Part shown: piece by piece, positions 1 through 13,046 of the stretch
Layout: each line of letters opens with the position of its first letter
How positions within the stretch are numbered: the stretch's first letter is position 1
Position numbers and translations under genes: made by a program
NCBI RefSeq assembly: GCF_006345805.1
Contig: NC_043008.1
Location: forward strand, 4,712,001 to 4,776,000
Reading direction: 5' to 3'
Origin: Octopus sinensis
Lineage: Eukaryota
Length of the DNA: 64,000 bases
Notes under the pieces: model-generated
Databases searched by the model: none
The model's input: only the letters and a program-made list of their open reading frames with translations
Told to the model about the DNA's origin: nothing

Positions 1-993
1 ACTTTCAAACAGATTTCATCTCCCAAGTTTTACTTGTAAAGCGTCAATCAATCTGAGATTAGCTCACAAGTGGTGCTTGCTGAAGGTGTCTCGCAGCAGG
101 ATTAAAACCAGAACAAAATGGCTGCTAAGCAAGATTGTTGACCCCGCGATAATGCCAGTCGCCTTCCAAAGAATGAACTTTTGTCATGAATCATCAGTAC
201 AACGCACATTGCAGTTTTAATACCATGAGGCACTAATCGTTAGCATACTGAAATTGCTGGCCTCGTGCCAAAATTTGAAACTAATATTACCAGCCACTAA
301 ATAAATTTGTGAAGGTGCACAGCCTTGTAGTTGAGGGTATTGCACTCACAATCACAAGAGCAAGGTTTCAATTCCCAGACCAAGTAGTGCACTGTGTTCT
401 TGAGAAGGACATTTCATTTCATGTTGTTCTCCTCGGCCACTCAGCTGTAAATGAGTGGCCCCGTGATGAGCCAGCATCCTACTCAGAGGGATTGTTGTGA
501 TCTTCGTTACTTATATGCCATGGAAATAAGAGTCAAAACAACTGTTAGCCACAGCAAAGCACATATATTTCTAGCGATGCTGATTTGCACCCTTGGTTGC
601 TTTAGGGATGTTTGTACTTGGGCCTTTTGGTTTTTAAATTTCGGATAACTGCCTCAGTAATTTATAATTTTCACTTGACCAGTTGACCAAATCCTCAAAT
701 GCTTCTTCCTAAGGTAATTGCTATAAACTGAGAAGGGGAATCCCCTCCAACCGTGGCAATGGAGTAAGGGTCCTTAATGAGAGTTAACTCAATCTGAAAT
801 CATTGATGATTTAACACTTCTTGCTGTGGGGAGGTTGGTCTCCCTTGTCAATCAATAGATAAGCGCTTGCCTGTGGCTAAGAGTTCTTTTAACTCTTATT
901 AATGTTGCTGCTGATTTGCACCCTTACTCACCAGAGGGAAGTTTGTACTTGTATATATACATCATCATCATCGTTTAACATCCGCTTTCCATG

Positions 994-1177
994 CTAGCAT
1001 GGGTTGGACGATTTGACTGAGGGCTGGTGAACCAGATGGCTGAACCAGGCTCCAATCTTGATCTGGCAGAGTTTCTACAGCTGGATGCCCTTGTAGAAAC
1101 TCTGCCAGATCAAGATTGAAGCCTGGTGCAGCCATCTGGTTCGCCAGCTCTCAGTCAAATCGTCCAACCCATGCTAG

Positions 1178-1178
<1 letters not shown>
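994..1178. repeat. Near-perfect palindrome formed by two inverted SINE segments
   Basis: 994-1079 and 1093-1178 are reverse complements with a few mismatches and a spacer of about 13 bp. Confidence 0.9.
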
Positions 1179-1231
<53 letters not shown>

Positions 1232-3178
1232 AAGACACCTATCCCTGTCCTTTTATACCTCTAATCTCTCATCAACTGGCACAAAGCGCCCCCCCTCACC
1301 CAGCTCACTATTTCTTCCCACTTCCAGCTGAAGAGGTTTTTGTCTTGCAAGTTACTTGATGACTGTATTGGTGCCACATAAAAAGTACCCAGTGCATTCT
1401 GTAAAGTAGTCATTAGGAAGGGAACCCAGCCATAGAGATCATTCCAAAACAGACAATGGAGTTTTACCAGTTCTAGTCAAACCATCCAACCCATGCTAAC
1501 ATGAACATTAAATAATATATATAGTATAACTTGGATATCATAGTTATTTTCTTTGTCTTTAGCCTTACCTATGATTTCTTGAAACTTATGAAGGGCTATA
1601 TTTTCATGGCTATGGAAGTAACGCTGAGCACAAATTATGTTTAAAAATTTTGCTATTTTGATTGTTAGATGTGTTCTTTTGAAAACTTTCTGAATACGAC
1701 AAGACTGAATAAATTTTATTGCATAAGATTATACTTGTAAAGTTTGTAGATTATCTGTTAGACACTGTTTCTTGTTAGTGACGAAGAGAGAAGTTTACAT
1801 ATCAGTAATTATCAACAATCTCGTTATATAAGAAATGATTAACTTAAAATCAAATTTTAACTGAAGAATGCATCTGAAAGCAAAAGTAGAGCTTATAAGA
1901 TGCTTCCGAATGTTAATATTGTCTTACAAGTACAGCAGAAATTAGATTCTCCATACACTCCTTCCTAATATCCAGAGGAAAATCCAAGCAACACTTTGTG
2001 CTGTAAAACAAACCTGATTTGCTTCTAAGTTTTAAACTACTGAATACTTTCAGAACAATGAAGAGATGAAAGAAATTTTAACCATAAAATACTTCACTCA
2101 AAAATGGCAAGTGGTACTGTTAAAGCAGTGGTCATTTTTACAATTGATTAAGTGCATATCAAAACTTGAGTCAAAGAATTTCCTTTGAAATTTTGGTCAA
2201 CTGGAACTTTATTCTGGACGAGATAAGTTAACCATTACAAGTTGTTGTCATTGTGTTTTTGTGTGCTTTGAAATACGTTTTAGATATGAAGAAATGTCCT
2301 TCATTATCCAAACATTGGCTATCACATTGTTACCTTTTGATAATAGCTGCTAAACGATGTGGCATAATATTCTGCAACTAAGATGAAGGAATTAACCCCG
2401 TTTCAGTGTTTCTCTGTGGTTCTCTGTTGTTCGAAGACTATTAATTTTACTTTTGGTCTAATGTAGTTGACTAATATTGATTTTAGTAAGAATATTGCTA
2501 TATTTATTTTATGCATTAGGAAATTGCTTCGTTTACAGCTTATGTATTTGTGTTTTAAGTATGAGGATGTGCATGTATGTGTATGCTTGGTATTTCTCTA
2601 CTTAAATGTGGTTCATTCTACAGCACAAGATATTTTAGTCTAAACAACAACTTCAATAAAATTCTGAACTTCAAGAAAGTTTCACTTATTACAAATGAGC
2701 AACTTAGCAATTAAATTCAAAGAATTCTGATTATCTGGTCTGAAATTTCTAGAAGTTAACAAGTAAACATATACTGGCAAAAATAATATATATCAAGTAT
2801 TATAGATGTGAAATCAAACCAATAATTATAGTTCAATAGCTGAGGATTCTTTATCAGCGGACTCTGTAGAGACTTTTATTTACTGAGTTTCAAATCTGAG
2901 CTCAGTGTAAATATATGCAATTTTCTGTACATATATTTTTTTAGTCATTAGCTCTTATAGAACAAACCAATTAGACATAACGATATCTTGGTTTAGAATT
3001 TTAGTGGGGAACAATCTAATCATATACTTTCTGTGCAATTGTTAAAACACTATAAATGTAGGCGAGGTTGTGTTGTTAAAAGTGTGTTTTGCTACCATGT
3101 GGTGCAGTACATGGAGTAAGTATTCTCTACCATGGTTGTTTTGTGTTAACCAAATGCTTATCAATGAAGTTTGGTATA

Positions 3179-3400
3179 CCTATTTCTTTGCTACCCACAA
3201 GAGGCTAAACACAGAGAGGACAAACAAGGACAGACAAACGGATTAAGTCGATTATATGCGTAACTGGTACTTATTTAATCGACCCCAAAAGGATGAAAGA
3301 CAAAGTCGACCTCGGCAGAATTTGAACTCAGAATGTAATGGCAGACAAAATACCGCTAAGCATTTCATCTGGCATGCTAATGATTCTGCCAGCTCGCCGC
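3179..3400 (-). mobile_element. SINE with 22-bp target-site duplication
   Basis: cttatcaatgaagtttggtata at 3157-3178 and 3401-3422; related copies at about 4145-4358, 32490-32645, 39305-39500, 47118-47352, 54665-54875 and 58410-58580. Confidence 0.9.
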
Positions 3401-4083
3401 CTTATCAATGAAGTTTGGTATAAGAGACAGAAATTGTGTGTGTGTGTGTGTGTGTGTTTATTCCAGTGTGGGATAAAAACTTATGCATCCAATTTCTTAT
3501 CTTACAAAAATAATGGTTGATATAGTCAACTGGAAACCTCTGAATGTGATGCTCTTCTACGGGTGCAGTTGAATGATTGAAACCAGGAGAAAAAAAGCAA
3601 AATTGTTATAGACACCTCATAGCATTAACTTTGATAAGGTTTATCTATTAAAACTTGGAAGGATGTACAAGAAAAAAAATAACCAGATTAGCTTAGCAGA
3701 GATAAAAAAAAAGAACAACTTAATAATCACATAACAATCTCCATATCCCAAAATCATATGAAAAAGTGAATGTTGAGAATGCAAACACAGAGCAAGTAGG
3801 AACTAAAAACTTCTAAAGTAATGAGTTGATGAGTTCACTAATTTGGTTCTGTGGAAATTGTTGTAGAATAAGAGGAATACAGTTTCGTGTTATCTAGACT
3901 CATTCAGTTTTGACTTCTCTTCATAAAATGGCAGTCAGTTGACTGATTCCTTAGAATGTTGTATGGATTGCTTTGGGATATTCTTTGTAGATTTCATTTT
4001 ACTCCGAGTTCAAATATCACTGAGGTCACTTTTATCCTTCATCTTTCTGGGCTTAATAAACTGCCAGTCTTATACTTAGGTTG

Positions 4084-4115
<32 letters not shown>

Positions 4116-4358
4116 GGTGGTGGTAGTAGTAGAAGTAGTAGTAAAGGTGATGAGGTGGCAGAATCATTAGCATGCCAGACAAAATGCTTAGCATCATTTC
4201 ATCCATCTTTATGTTCCGAGTTCAAATTCCACCAAGTTCGACTTTGCCTTTCATCCTTTCAGAATCAATGAAATAAGTACCAGTTATATACTGGGGTCGA
4301 TATAATCAACTAGCCTTTCCTCAAAAATTTCAGTCCTTGTGCCCCTAGCAGAAAGGAT

Positions 4359-4372
4359 TATTATTATTATTA

Positions 4373-4414
<42 letters not shown>

Positions 4415-4900
4415 CTTCTTTCTTCAAATTTTCTTGTTTCTTGATGAGTGTTTTCCGCACACCTAGGGCAGAGAAGCTCATTGTATGCATTCCCAGATTA
4501 CACGTGCAAATTCACAGGTAAAATATGTATTTAAAAAAATTAATGAATAAATAAATTCATGGATGGATGTTGTTTTCATAGCGATAATGCTCTTCTCAGT
4601 ACATGAGTCGTTCCAGTTAACACGATTTTTTGCACTTCCTGTAGCGATGGTAAGCCCAGTATCATTTTCAAATAGGTTTCAGTGCCTTTTTTTATCATTC
4701 CTAGAGATCCTACAATCACTGGTACTGTAGTTGCCTTGAGATGCCACATTTTTTCAATTTCTGTTAGCAAGTCTTTATATTTACTGATCTTGTCAAATTC
4801 TTTCGATGTTATATTGTAATTGCAAGGAATACTCATATCAATTAATAAACACATCTTTTTTGTCTGATCTTTTATAATAATAATAATAATAATATCCGGT
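4359..4900 (-). mobile_element. 3' end of an RLE-type non-LTR retrotransposon (R4/Dong-like) with (AAT)n tail
   Basis: PDII..KD...CLLIDMSIP...KISKYKDL..EIEKMW...VPVIVGSLG restriction-like endonuclease motif, stop at 4576, short 3' UTR, then an (AAT)n tract at 4359-4413. Confidence 0.85.
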
Positions 4901-6179
4901 TCATTTATTATTGTTGTTGTTGTCTCTTTGTCACACTCTAGCTTTTCATCCTCTGGCACAAGTTCTCCTCCTCAAATGCCCCCTGCCCCTGTCATAATTC
5001 CTTGTCTTGTGAGTTACTTGGTTACCCTGCCAGTGCTGGTGCCACATTAAAAGCATCCAGTCCACACCGTTTTATGGTTGGCGTTTGGAAGGGCATCCAG
5101 CTGTAAAAATCATGCCAAAACTAACCTCACCTGTGCTAATGCCATGTAAAAAGCACTGAGTCCACTCTGCAGAGTGGTTGATGTTAGGAAGGGCATCCAG
5201 CTGTAAAATCCCTGCCACAACAGACACAGTAGTCTTGGGTAGAGTTTCTACTTGGCTGGCTCCTGTCAACTGTCTTACCCATGCATACATGGACAATAGA
5301 TGTTAAATGATGATGATTACTATATATGTATATATATGCGTATATATATATATATATATAATATATATATATGCAACAGCAGCTTCTCTTTCAAACATTA
5401 GACAGAAACCAAGAGAATGCTGGAGGTTTAATCTTTTTTATAGTATTATTTTCTACTTGTTTTTTTTTAGTTCTTTATTATATACAGATGCAACACCCTA
5501 GTATTAAACTAAGAACAGTTACTCACAAGTCAGCAGTTGAATTTTAAATGAAGCACTCGTAAATTTATTAGCAACAACATCATTCCAGTGAACTTTGCTT
5601 CATTCAGCAAAAATGTTGCAATAATCCATAAATGCCACCAACAACCACTTCACCCAAAAGATGAAACTGAGAAGGCCTAGGAACATTGCCTTCTCTTGAA
5701 AACTTTTGTTAGAAATTAAGCATAAAAGACTGATAGAGACTAAGTTAATACGAAAAACTGTTAATCATAAAAACTTGAGCAAAAGTGTACGTGTGGGTGT
5801 ATGTATATATTTATATATACATACACACACACACACATATGTATATAAAACACACAGGCACACACACATATTTATTTGCACCTACGTATGTATCCAGGTG
5901 TACATATATATATATGTGTACACACATACATATACATAGATATATAAGATCAAAGATTTTTTTTTTGTTGATTCAATTACATCATGAAAAAAACACACCT
6001 TCTTCTTCAGTTTTCTTCTGGTGAGTCACAATTTTGATATTTGGTTTTTAAAAAAGTGCCAGGATGTGGAATGTATGTTGACTCACTCATTTTGGCAACA
6101 ATTCAGGGTGTATACAATATATATATATACATATAGTTATGTTTGATATTTTTCAGATATATATATGTGTGTGTATATA

Positions 6180-7050
6180 CAGGTTGCGTAAAATATTTGA
6201 GGACAGACTTAAGTTTATTAGAAAAAACATATAATAACAGATAATAAATATATTTATCAAAAATTGCTATGAGGATAAAAATAAACCTTCTTTTCTAGAA
6301 TGTTATTCAATAAAGCCACCTTCAGCTTCAACAACTGCTTCTATATGAGATCTAAATCATCTACATGCTCAAATCAAGTGGTCCTGCTTCACTTTGGACA
6401 TTACTCGGACCTCAATGTAGGCAGCAGAACTCTAAGACCTTCTGGAAAGAAGTAAGGATGCATCAAATGTCCTTCATTGTTGACAACCCCTAAAACCATG
6501 ACAGTTTCAGGAAATTTTGTATGCATAACACCTGGAACTTCAGAAGGGTCTGCACATAACCATCTGTCATTTCTTCTGTTAACTTTTTGACCTTGGTCAA
6601 AGTTTTTCTCGTTTGAGAAAAACCAAATCAAATCTTCTGCTTTTTTCAATTTGTTTAAGAACCTTTTAGATCTGATGTAGTGATTTTCTTTTGATTTTTC
6701 TGACAAATTGACCTTTCCTCATCATATAAGACTTATATCTGATGTTTTCGTGGACAATATTTCTGACTGTTCCTTCTAACACATGGAGATCTTTTGCAGT
6801 TGACGTCATAGCCTTTCTGGTATTGTAATCAATGGATAAATTCAGGTGTTCTGATGATTTCAGTGCGTTTAGAATGTGTTTTATACTTTGATACTGGCGA
6901 TATGTTTCCATCTTCAATCTCTAGCTTCTTACAAACTTTGTAGATGAAAGATCTGGCAACTTTTAACGGTCAAGATATTTCTAAATCGCTATGTTCAGCC
7001 TTTATTACAACATGCCGTTTCATTTCTTGATTCGAATGAATCCTACAAAT
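6180..7050 (-). mobile_element. Decayed Tc1/mariner-superfamily (maT/DD37D-like) transposase remnant
   Basis: FFSNEKNF..Q..NRRNDRWL, HTKFP..VMVLGVV..EG..M.PYFF, C-terminal RSHIEAVVEAEGGFIE* (stop 6303-6305); TA-CAGG terminus near 6180; internal deletion and frameshifts. Confidence 0.85.
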
Positions 7051-7071
7051 ATTTAATTATTTATAGTTGGA

Positions 7072-7159
7072 AGATAGACTGATAGGTAGGTAGGTAGGTA
7101 GGTAGAGATAGATAGATAGATAGATACATAGATAGATAGATACATAGATACATAGATAC

Positions 7160-7193
<34 letters not shown>
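7072..7193. repeat. (TAGG)n/(GATA)n microsatellite
   Basis: Direct reading of the sequence. Confidence 0.95.
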
Positions 7194-7901
7194 TAAGGAC
7201 TCCATCATTATGCATAATTATTTTTAAATAATGTAGACATTTAATTTATGTTAGATTTAATATTTCAAAGCAGAAATGGATAATAGAAACATCCAGATAT
7301 TAGGTGTGTGTTACATTGAAGACCTGGCTGTGTTTGATTTCAACGTTTTTATTAATACTTTATCATATTTCCTTATTCGGTTTTTATGTCTAGTTTGGCA
7401 AAATAAAAATTATTATTTCAAATTAAACATATGAAACTAATAAGGGAAGATGAAAAAAAGATCTTTAATAAAAAAAAAAAAAGACTTAATTAAAACACAT
7501 TTGGGTCTTCAATATAACGTTTGAAAAGAAAGGTGTTCTCATTTTACCTAAATATATGCACACATACATACGTGCATGAGTGAGTGTGTGTGTCTGTATA
7601 CCATATGTATATTTACATGCATATATATGTATGTACATACATGCATATATGTATATTTCTCTGCATATGAATGATTTCCTTCCTCATCTCCTAGATTCTG
7701 AGATGAAAAAAGAAAAGAAAAATAATAAAAAAGATTATATATATTTTCAATTTCTATTTCCTTTCAAGTAATAAGTAGATACTAACTTACTAACTTACTA
7801 CTAACATATCTAACTTAAAAACAAATAAGAATTTATAGTTGAGCCACAATATTGAAAATAGAGAGAACTAAAAACCGAACACCAAATTCTATATTTTTCA
7901 G

Positions 7902-8189
7902 ATATTTATCTCACGGGAACTTCGTTTGTGACTGTCGGTGATCACATAATATTGGTGTGCAATGTTGTGGGTGGGGACTATATCCCCGAGGATGTAGATT
8001 GGTTCAAAGATGGCAATGAGATCAAATATGATTCTACACGAGGGGTACTCATAACCAGACAGCGTTCGGTGAATACGAAGTTTCTATCGAGTCAACTACT
8101 GATTAAAAAAAGTAATATGGATGATGCCGGCAACTACGTTTGCCGTTCTGGCATGGATGTAACCAGCTTCAATGTTGAAGTCCTTAATG
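7902..8189 (+). CDS. Internal coding exon encoding one immunoglobulin domain of a zig-8/Dpr/lachesin-like cell-surface or secreted protein
   Basis: Acceptor ttttcag ends at 7901 and donor gtaggc starts at 8190; 288 nt, phase 1-1, open frame xIYLTGTSFVTVGDHIILVC...VDWFKDG...LLIKKSNMDDAGNYVC...FNVEVLN with the Ig Cys, WFKDG and DxGxYxC motifs. The family assignment is by resemblance only. Confidence 0.92.
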
Positions 8190-8441
8190 GTAGGCAATCA
8201 TTTTTTATGGCTTCTTTCAGCACATTATTATCTTTCTATTTCAAAACTCTCCTGTTTTTTGGTACATCATCATATCTCTCAAAACTTCTTATTAAAATTT
8301 TGGAAGCATTTCTGAGATTCAGCATATAGGCTTTAAGATATTTTTTTATTTAAATACCGAATACATCATATATATATATATATACATATATATACATAAA
8401 TTATAGATCCACTATCGGTAGAATAAAGTAAGAGATAAATA

Positions 8442-8916
8442 TCAATTTAATACACATACTGAAAGAGCAGTTTCCTACGTTTTTAATACCTAAACTCGGC
8501 ATATTTATAAAATATGCCATGCATCTCTGAGCAACCTTTCAGTGTCTGTTTATGTGTTGGATATATTTTAAAATCAAGGACACTGGACAGTGAGAAGATA
8601 AAAAAAAAAAACAAGAAGTAAAAAACTGCATTAATTGCAGTTTCTGCAGTTAGGGTGGATGGGGATCTTCGTTTCTTCATCACCCTTCTTCTGACAAATT
8701 GCCCTTTCCTCATTATATAAGACTTATATCATCCTCCTTTTCCTTTTTTCTTATTTTCCCACTGTCCAGCAGCCTTATTTCTAAAATATATTTAATGCTT
8801 AAACAGAGCCTGAAAGATTGCTTGGGGATACATGGCACATTTTATAACTATGTCCAGTTAAAGTATCATAAAAGCATGAAACTGTTAGAAGCTTTTCAGT
8901 GTGTGTATTAAATTGA
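8442..8916. mobile_element. MITE-like element with diverged inverted arms of about 170 bp and a short transposase-derived spacer
   Basis: 8442-8612 is an imperfect reverse complement of 8738-8916; spacer 8689-8730 nearly matches 6698-6739. Confidence 0.65.
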
Positions 8917-8920
8917 CATG

Positions 8921-8981
<61 letters not shown>

Positions 8982-9144
8982 TATATATATTGTATAAAGG
9001 CTCATGGGTAAGGCCAGAACAATGCGAAGTAAATGCAAGGTAAATCACAAGAAAACAAATATGTGAATCAATGTAAACTTACCTTGTATTCAATATTTTG
9101 GGGTTATGACACCATTTTCAAGGAATTGACAAATATATATATAT

Positions 9145-9815
9145 GGGGACATGATGTTTTGTCAACGTGAGCTGAACCAGCTTGTGTGGAATGGAGCTGA
9201 ATGCATTTGCCAGGTCAAGCCACAGCACAGACAGGTTACCCTTGTTCTCTCTTGCCTCTCAAATCAGCTGTGTCACCATACCAGTATGCTCCACACAGCC
9301 TGGCATTCCCAAAATGCCACCCTACTGGACAGATGTATCGATGTAGGCGTTCTGACCCGGGTAGGCACGCAGCCGTTTGGAAACAATGCTGAAGAAGATC
9401 TTTGCTTCCACACAAAGCAGGGAGATGAAGGTCTACCTGGGTGGAGTTTTCCTCCTTCAGAATCCACACCCACTCAGCCACTCTCCATTGTTCTGGGATC
9501 TACCCCCTTCTCCAGAAGACTCAGAGGATTTTCCACAGACAACAGAAGCTTGGGACAGTTCTTATACACTTTGTATGAAGTGCCACTCGGTCCAGGAGCA
9601 GAGCTTGTCCTTGTTCTGTGGATAACCTCCTCCCTGACTTTCTTTAGCTGCAGCTCTGACATGTCAAACTCCGTCTCTGGTTCCGTGGGGTCTGTGAGGA
9701 TGTTACACTCTCCCAACTCCTGCTCTCTTGTGAGGTCACTGTACGTCTGCATCAGATGCCAGTCTATGTCTTCCTCTCAGGAGGCAAGTTTAACACTGCG
9801 CTTCTGCCCCAACAA
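9145..9815 (-). mobile_element. Decayed RT fragment of an R2-group (HERO/NeSL-like) non-LTR retrotransposon
   Basis: SAPGPSG..YKVYKNCPKLL; across frames ISLLCVEAKIFF, GMPGCVEHTG, NLSVLWLDLANAFSSIPHKLV. Confidence 0.85.
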
Positions 9816-10899
9816 GACACACATAGATAAAGATATATATATATATAGTCAATAAAACATATATGAGAAAAGATGGGCTTCTTTCGGTTTCCATATACCA
9901 AATCCACTCACAAGGCTGTGGTTGCACTGATGCTACAGTAGAAGACATTGCCCAAGGTGCCACACAGTGGGACTGAACCTGGAACCATGTAGTTGGGAAG
10001 CAACCTTCTTACCACAGAGCCATGACTTTATAAGTAACTGAAATGGCAAAGGAATAAACGATTATCTCATTTACTTCATTAGCTTACAGCCGTTTCTGCT
10101 TTAAGATGCAGCAAACTCAGACTTGAGGGCCCGAGTAACACCTCATAGCTTTGAAGTCTCATTTTCTTATCACCACTCTCTACTTAACTAATGCTTCATT
10201 CGGGAGCATAAGTATATTGAGTTCTACACCAGGTTATTACTCACAGAATGTACACAAACACATACACACATAAAATAATATAAACAGCCATGCGGAATGT
10301 GATACCATAAAGGAAAACTATAAACATAAAGGAAAACGCGACTAAGGGTATCAAGACACCTACATTGCTAGAAATAAGAGCCAAAATGCTCTAATGCTCT
10401 AGGAAAAGCACATAAATGTATACATACATGCTCACAGGGGCTGCAATCACCCAGTGTATACATATGTGTGTGTGTGTGTGTGTGTGTGTGTACATATATA
10501 TATATATATGCATGTGTGTGTGCTTGCACACACATACACACACACACTGAATACAGGCATAGCCACATTGAGCAAATATGAGAACTGAGTTTTATTCCAC
10601 AGTATAGAATCTTGGGCAAATGAATAAATTTTACAATAGTCTCACGGGTGATTTGATTTGGGAGGACTGTAGTAAGGATTGACCACAGTACCTGAATTTT
10701 AGACAACAGAATCTGAATAGGGAACCAGTTTGGTGGACTGTGTCTCTGATTTAAAAGTCCATGTCATTTTTGTCATGGTTTTTCAGCCTGGATTCAGAGT
10801 AAATGTATATATAAAATACTCAGCCATTTACACATTAATTAAATGATTAGGTTATTCAATGATGAAACAGCTGTATACTCATCATTGAAACGGATGATC

Positions 10900-11170
10900 A
10901 TTCATCCATTTTCATCACCCACTACTCTTTGGAGGGTCATGGGAGAAGAGTCTTCAAGCACCTCTTCCATTGGCTCCTCTCAGAAAAACTGTCATTACAC
11001 TTTCGTGCTGTCTTCTCAAGCATCACTGACCTCACTATTCGTCTACCCCGAGGTCTTCTGCCAGTTGGTTCATCTTGAAGAATCCATCTTGCGATCTTCT
11101 CCCAAGGCATTCCAAACACGTATTCGTTGTACCAAAGCTGTGACTTCTCAGTGTGGAGAAACAATGGGTC
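10900..11170 (-). mobile_element. Decayed RTE LINE 3' end
   Basis: SQLW...VFGMPWEKIARWILQDEPTGRRPRGR, typical of the RTE C-terminus. Confidence 0.7.
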
Positions 11171-11199
11171 AGCCTTGAGTCTTAAGGAAGGGGCAGAGC

Positions 11200-12950
11200 C
11201 CATAAGCCTTGCTGTCCCTCTGAGTCTAGTGAGACTGATGCCATTAATGTTCCATTTGAACTATTGCAGGTCAACACCTGCTGCAAAGCATGAACGGCAA
11301 AGAAATTCCAGAGAGTCAATGTTCTGGAGATGAAGGGCTGGACATGGTGGTTAGCATGGACCAATATTGACAAGAGGTAGAGAAACGAATGAGTTGGGGG
11401 TGGAGGTACAAGACCAGCCAGCTGTGGAATAGAGGCCTTATTAATGGATAGAGAGAGGAGAAAACATGCCTGTGGCACAGAAACTTGGGTCTATTTATTA
11501 GTGATGGGGTGCCAATCAGTCAAGTATCCCTTCTCAAGATGCAATACAGGATGTCAGTGTGCGTAACAGCATTGCCACCCCAGATGTGACAGTATTACTC
11601 CATTGTGGTCCTCACTTGATCTTTGTGGAGTATCAGAAGCTATTAGGGGCTGAAATCTCTTCTGACTCTAAAAAGAAGAGATAGTCCTTGGAGAGTAGTC
11701 CTAACAACTCTAAGGATGTACTTTTACAAAGAGATATCCTCAATGGTAGTGGGACCCAGAATTTGGAGTGACTGTGAGAGCTCTCCTGCTTGACGTTATA
11801 GAAGGAAATGCGGTATTGTTTTGTTGGTATGACTAGTGTGTGAGATTTTTTGTCAGTTAAAAGAGACAAAGCAGGTATGTGCCACTGGAAGATGCTCTGT
11901 CTTCATTTATGGAACCAATGCAGGTTTGTGTATCATATCTAAGTTAATTGTAGATGACACATAGAGAGGGAAAATGAAGAGTCATGTTGTTAGCATAAGC
12001 GTGAGTATTGTTGGATGTGGAGGTAAGTTAGTTGGGCAAGGAGTGCATTGGAGTGGAAGGAGGAAGCTTTGAAGGGGATTGGCTAAGGATGTGGAGTTAA
12101 ATGTAAAACAGACAGATAAAATGGAGGCAGATAAAATGGAGCTGCTTCAAGAGTCAGCATTTTTTAAAAGAAGAGACAAAAAATGAACTTACAAGATGAG
12201 TGGAAATTTTTTAATAAGGAACCAAAAGGATCAGCTATCATTCACGAGGCAGGGAAGTTGGATGGCTGTGTGATACACAAAGGTATCCTTTGCATAATGA
12301 TCTTAAAGTAAATGCACAGCTAGATGAGAACCAGCTAGTTTGGGGGAGTGGATGACATTCTCCAGGCATTGTAAGCTTGTTTCTGCCCTTACAGCAGCTG
12401 CATGACTACAAGTGAACCACTTGGAGGACTTAGGATATCAGGCTTTTGTTGTATGGATGATGTACAATAATGTCTAAAAGAGTGGTTTCAGTCACTCATC
12501 TAGCTGCTTCTGAAGGGTCAAGAGTGGAGCACTTTTGATGCCTCAGAAAAGTGATATAAAACTGGTGAAGCTTACTTGAAGTGCCAAAGGGTCTGAGGGG
12601 ATGGGGATATTGTGTGGTACATGGTTGTGTGGTTGTGTGTTGAGCAGTTGTGACGAGGCAGTGGTTGGATGACTGATAGGGGCAAAGATGGCTACAGTTT
12701 GATAGAGGTTAGGTTTAGAGCTGAGAAAGTGATAACAAGTGTTTGGAATGTCTGCATGAGAGTCTAGGATGGGAGGAGAGGATGAGACACGTCGGTGTAA
12801 AGAGTTGAGAATAGAAACGAGTTTGGCTTCGAGACTAGCAGCATTGAAGTCACTGAGGATAATGACTCTGGAAAGGTGAGAGATAAGACAGGTGTTGCCA
12901 ATACAGGAGGAGAGACAGTCAAAGGGTTGTGAGTGGTTTGAATAATTGCG
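11200..12950 (-). mobile_element. Heavily decayed LINE (Jockey/CR1-like) with endonuclease and RT remnants
   Basis: IILSDFNA (endonuclease GDFN-like), APISH, and C-terminal FISRTLTLWN; many stops and frameshifts; boundaries approximate. Confidence 0.6.
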
Positions 12951-12987
12951 AGAGAAAGAGAGAGAGAGAGCAAGAGTATTTGAGGTA

Positions 12988-13046
<59 letters not shown>

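Noticed and set aside
8190-8329. Hydrophobic C-terminal tail of ORF 7928-8329 as a transmembrane segment
   Set aside because: It lies past a good splice donor at 8190 and is T-rich, so it is most likely intron read-through; intron retention cannot be excluded.
9151-9855. 234-aa plus-strand ORF as a host gene
   Set aside because: It is the antisense frame of the minus-strand RT fragment.
10080-10125. GAAA-CGGCUG-UA on the minus strand resembling the CAGCUG hammerhead family
   Set aside because: The first half of the core and stem I are not convincing; at most a very decayed relative.
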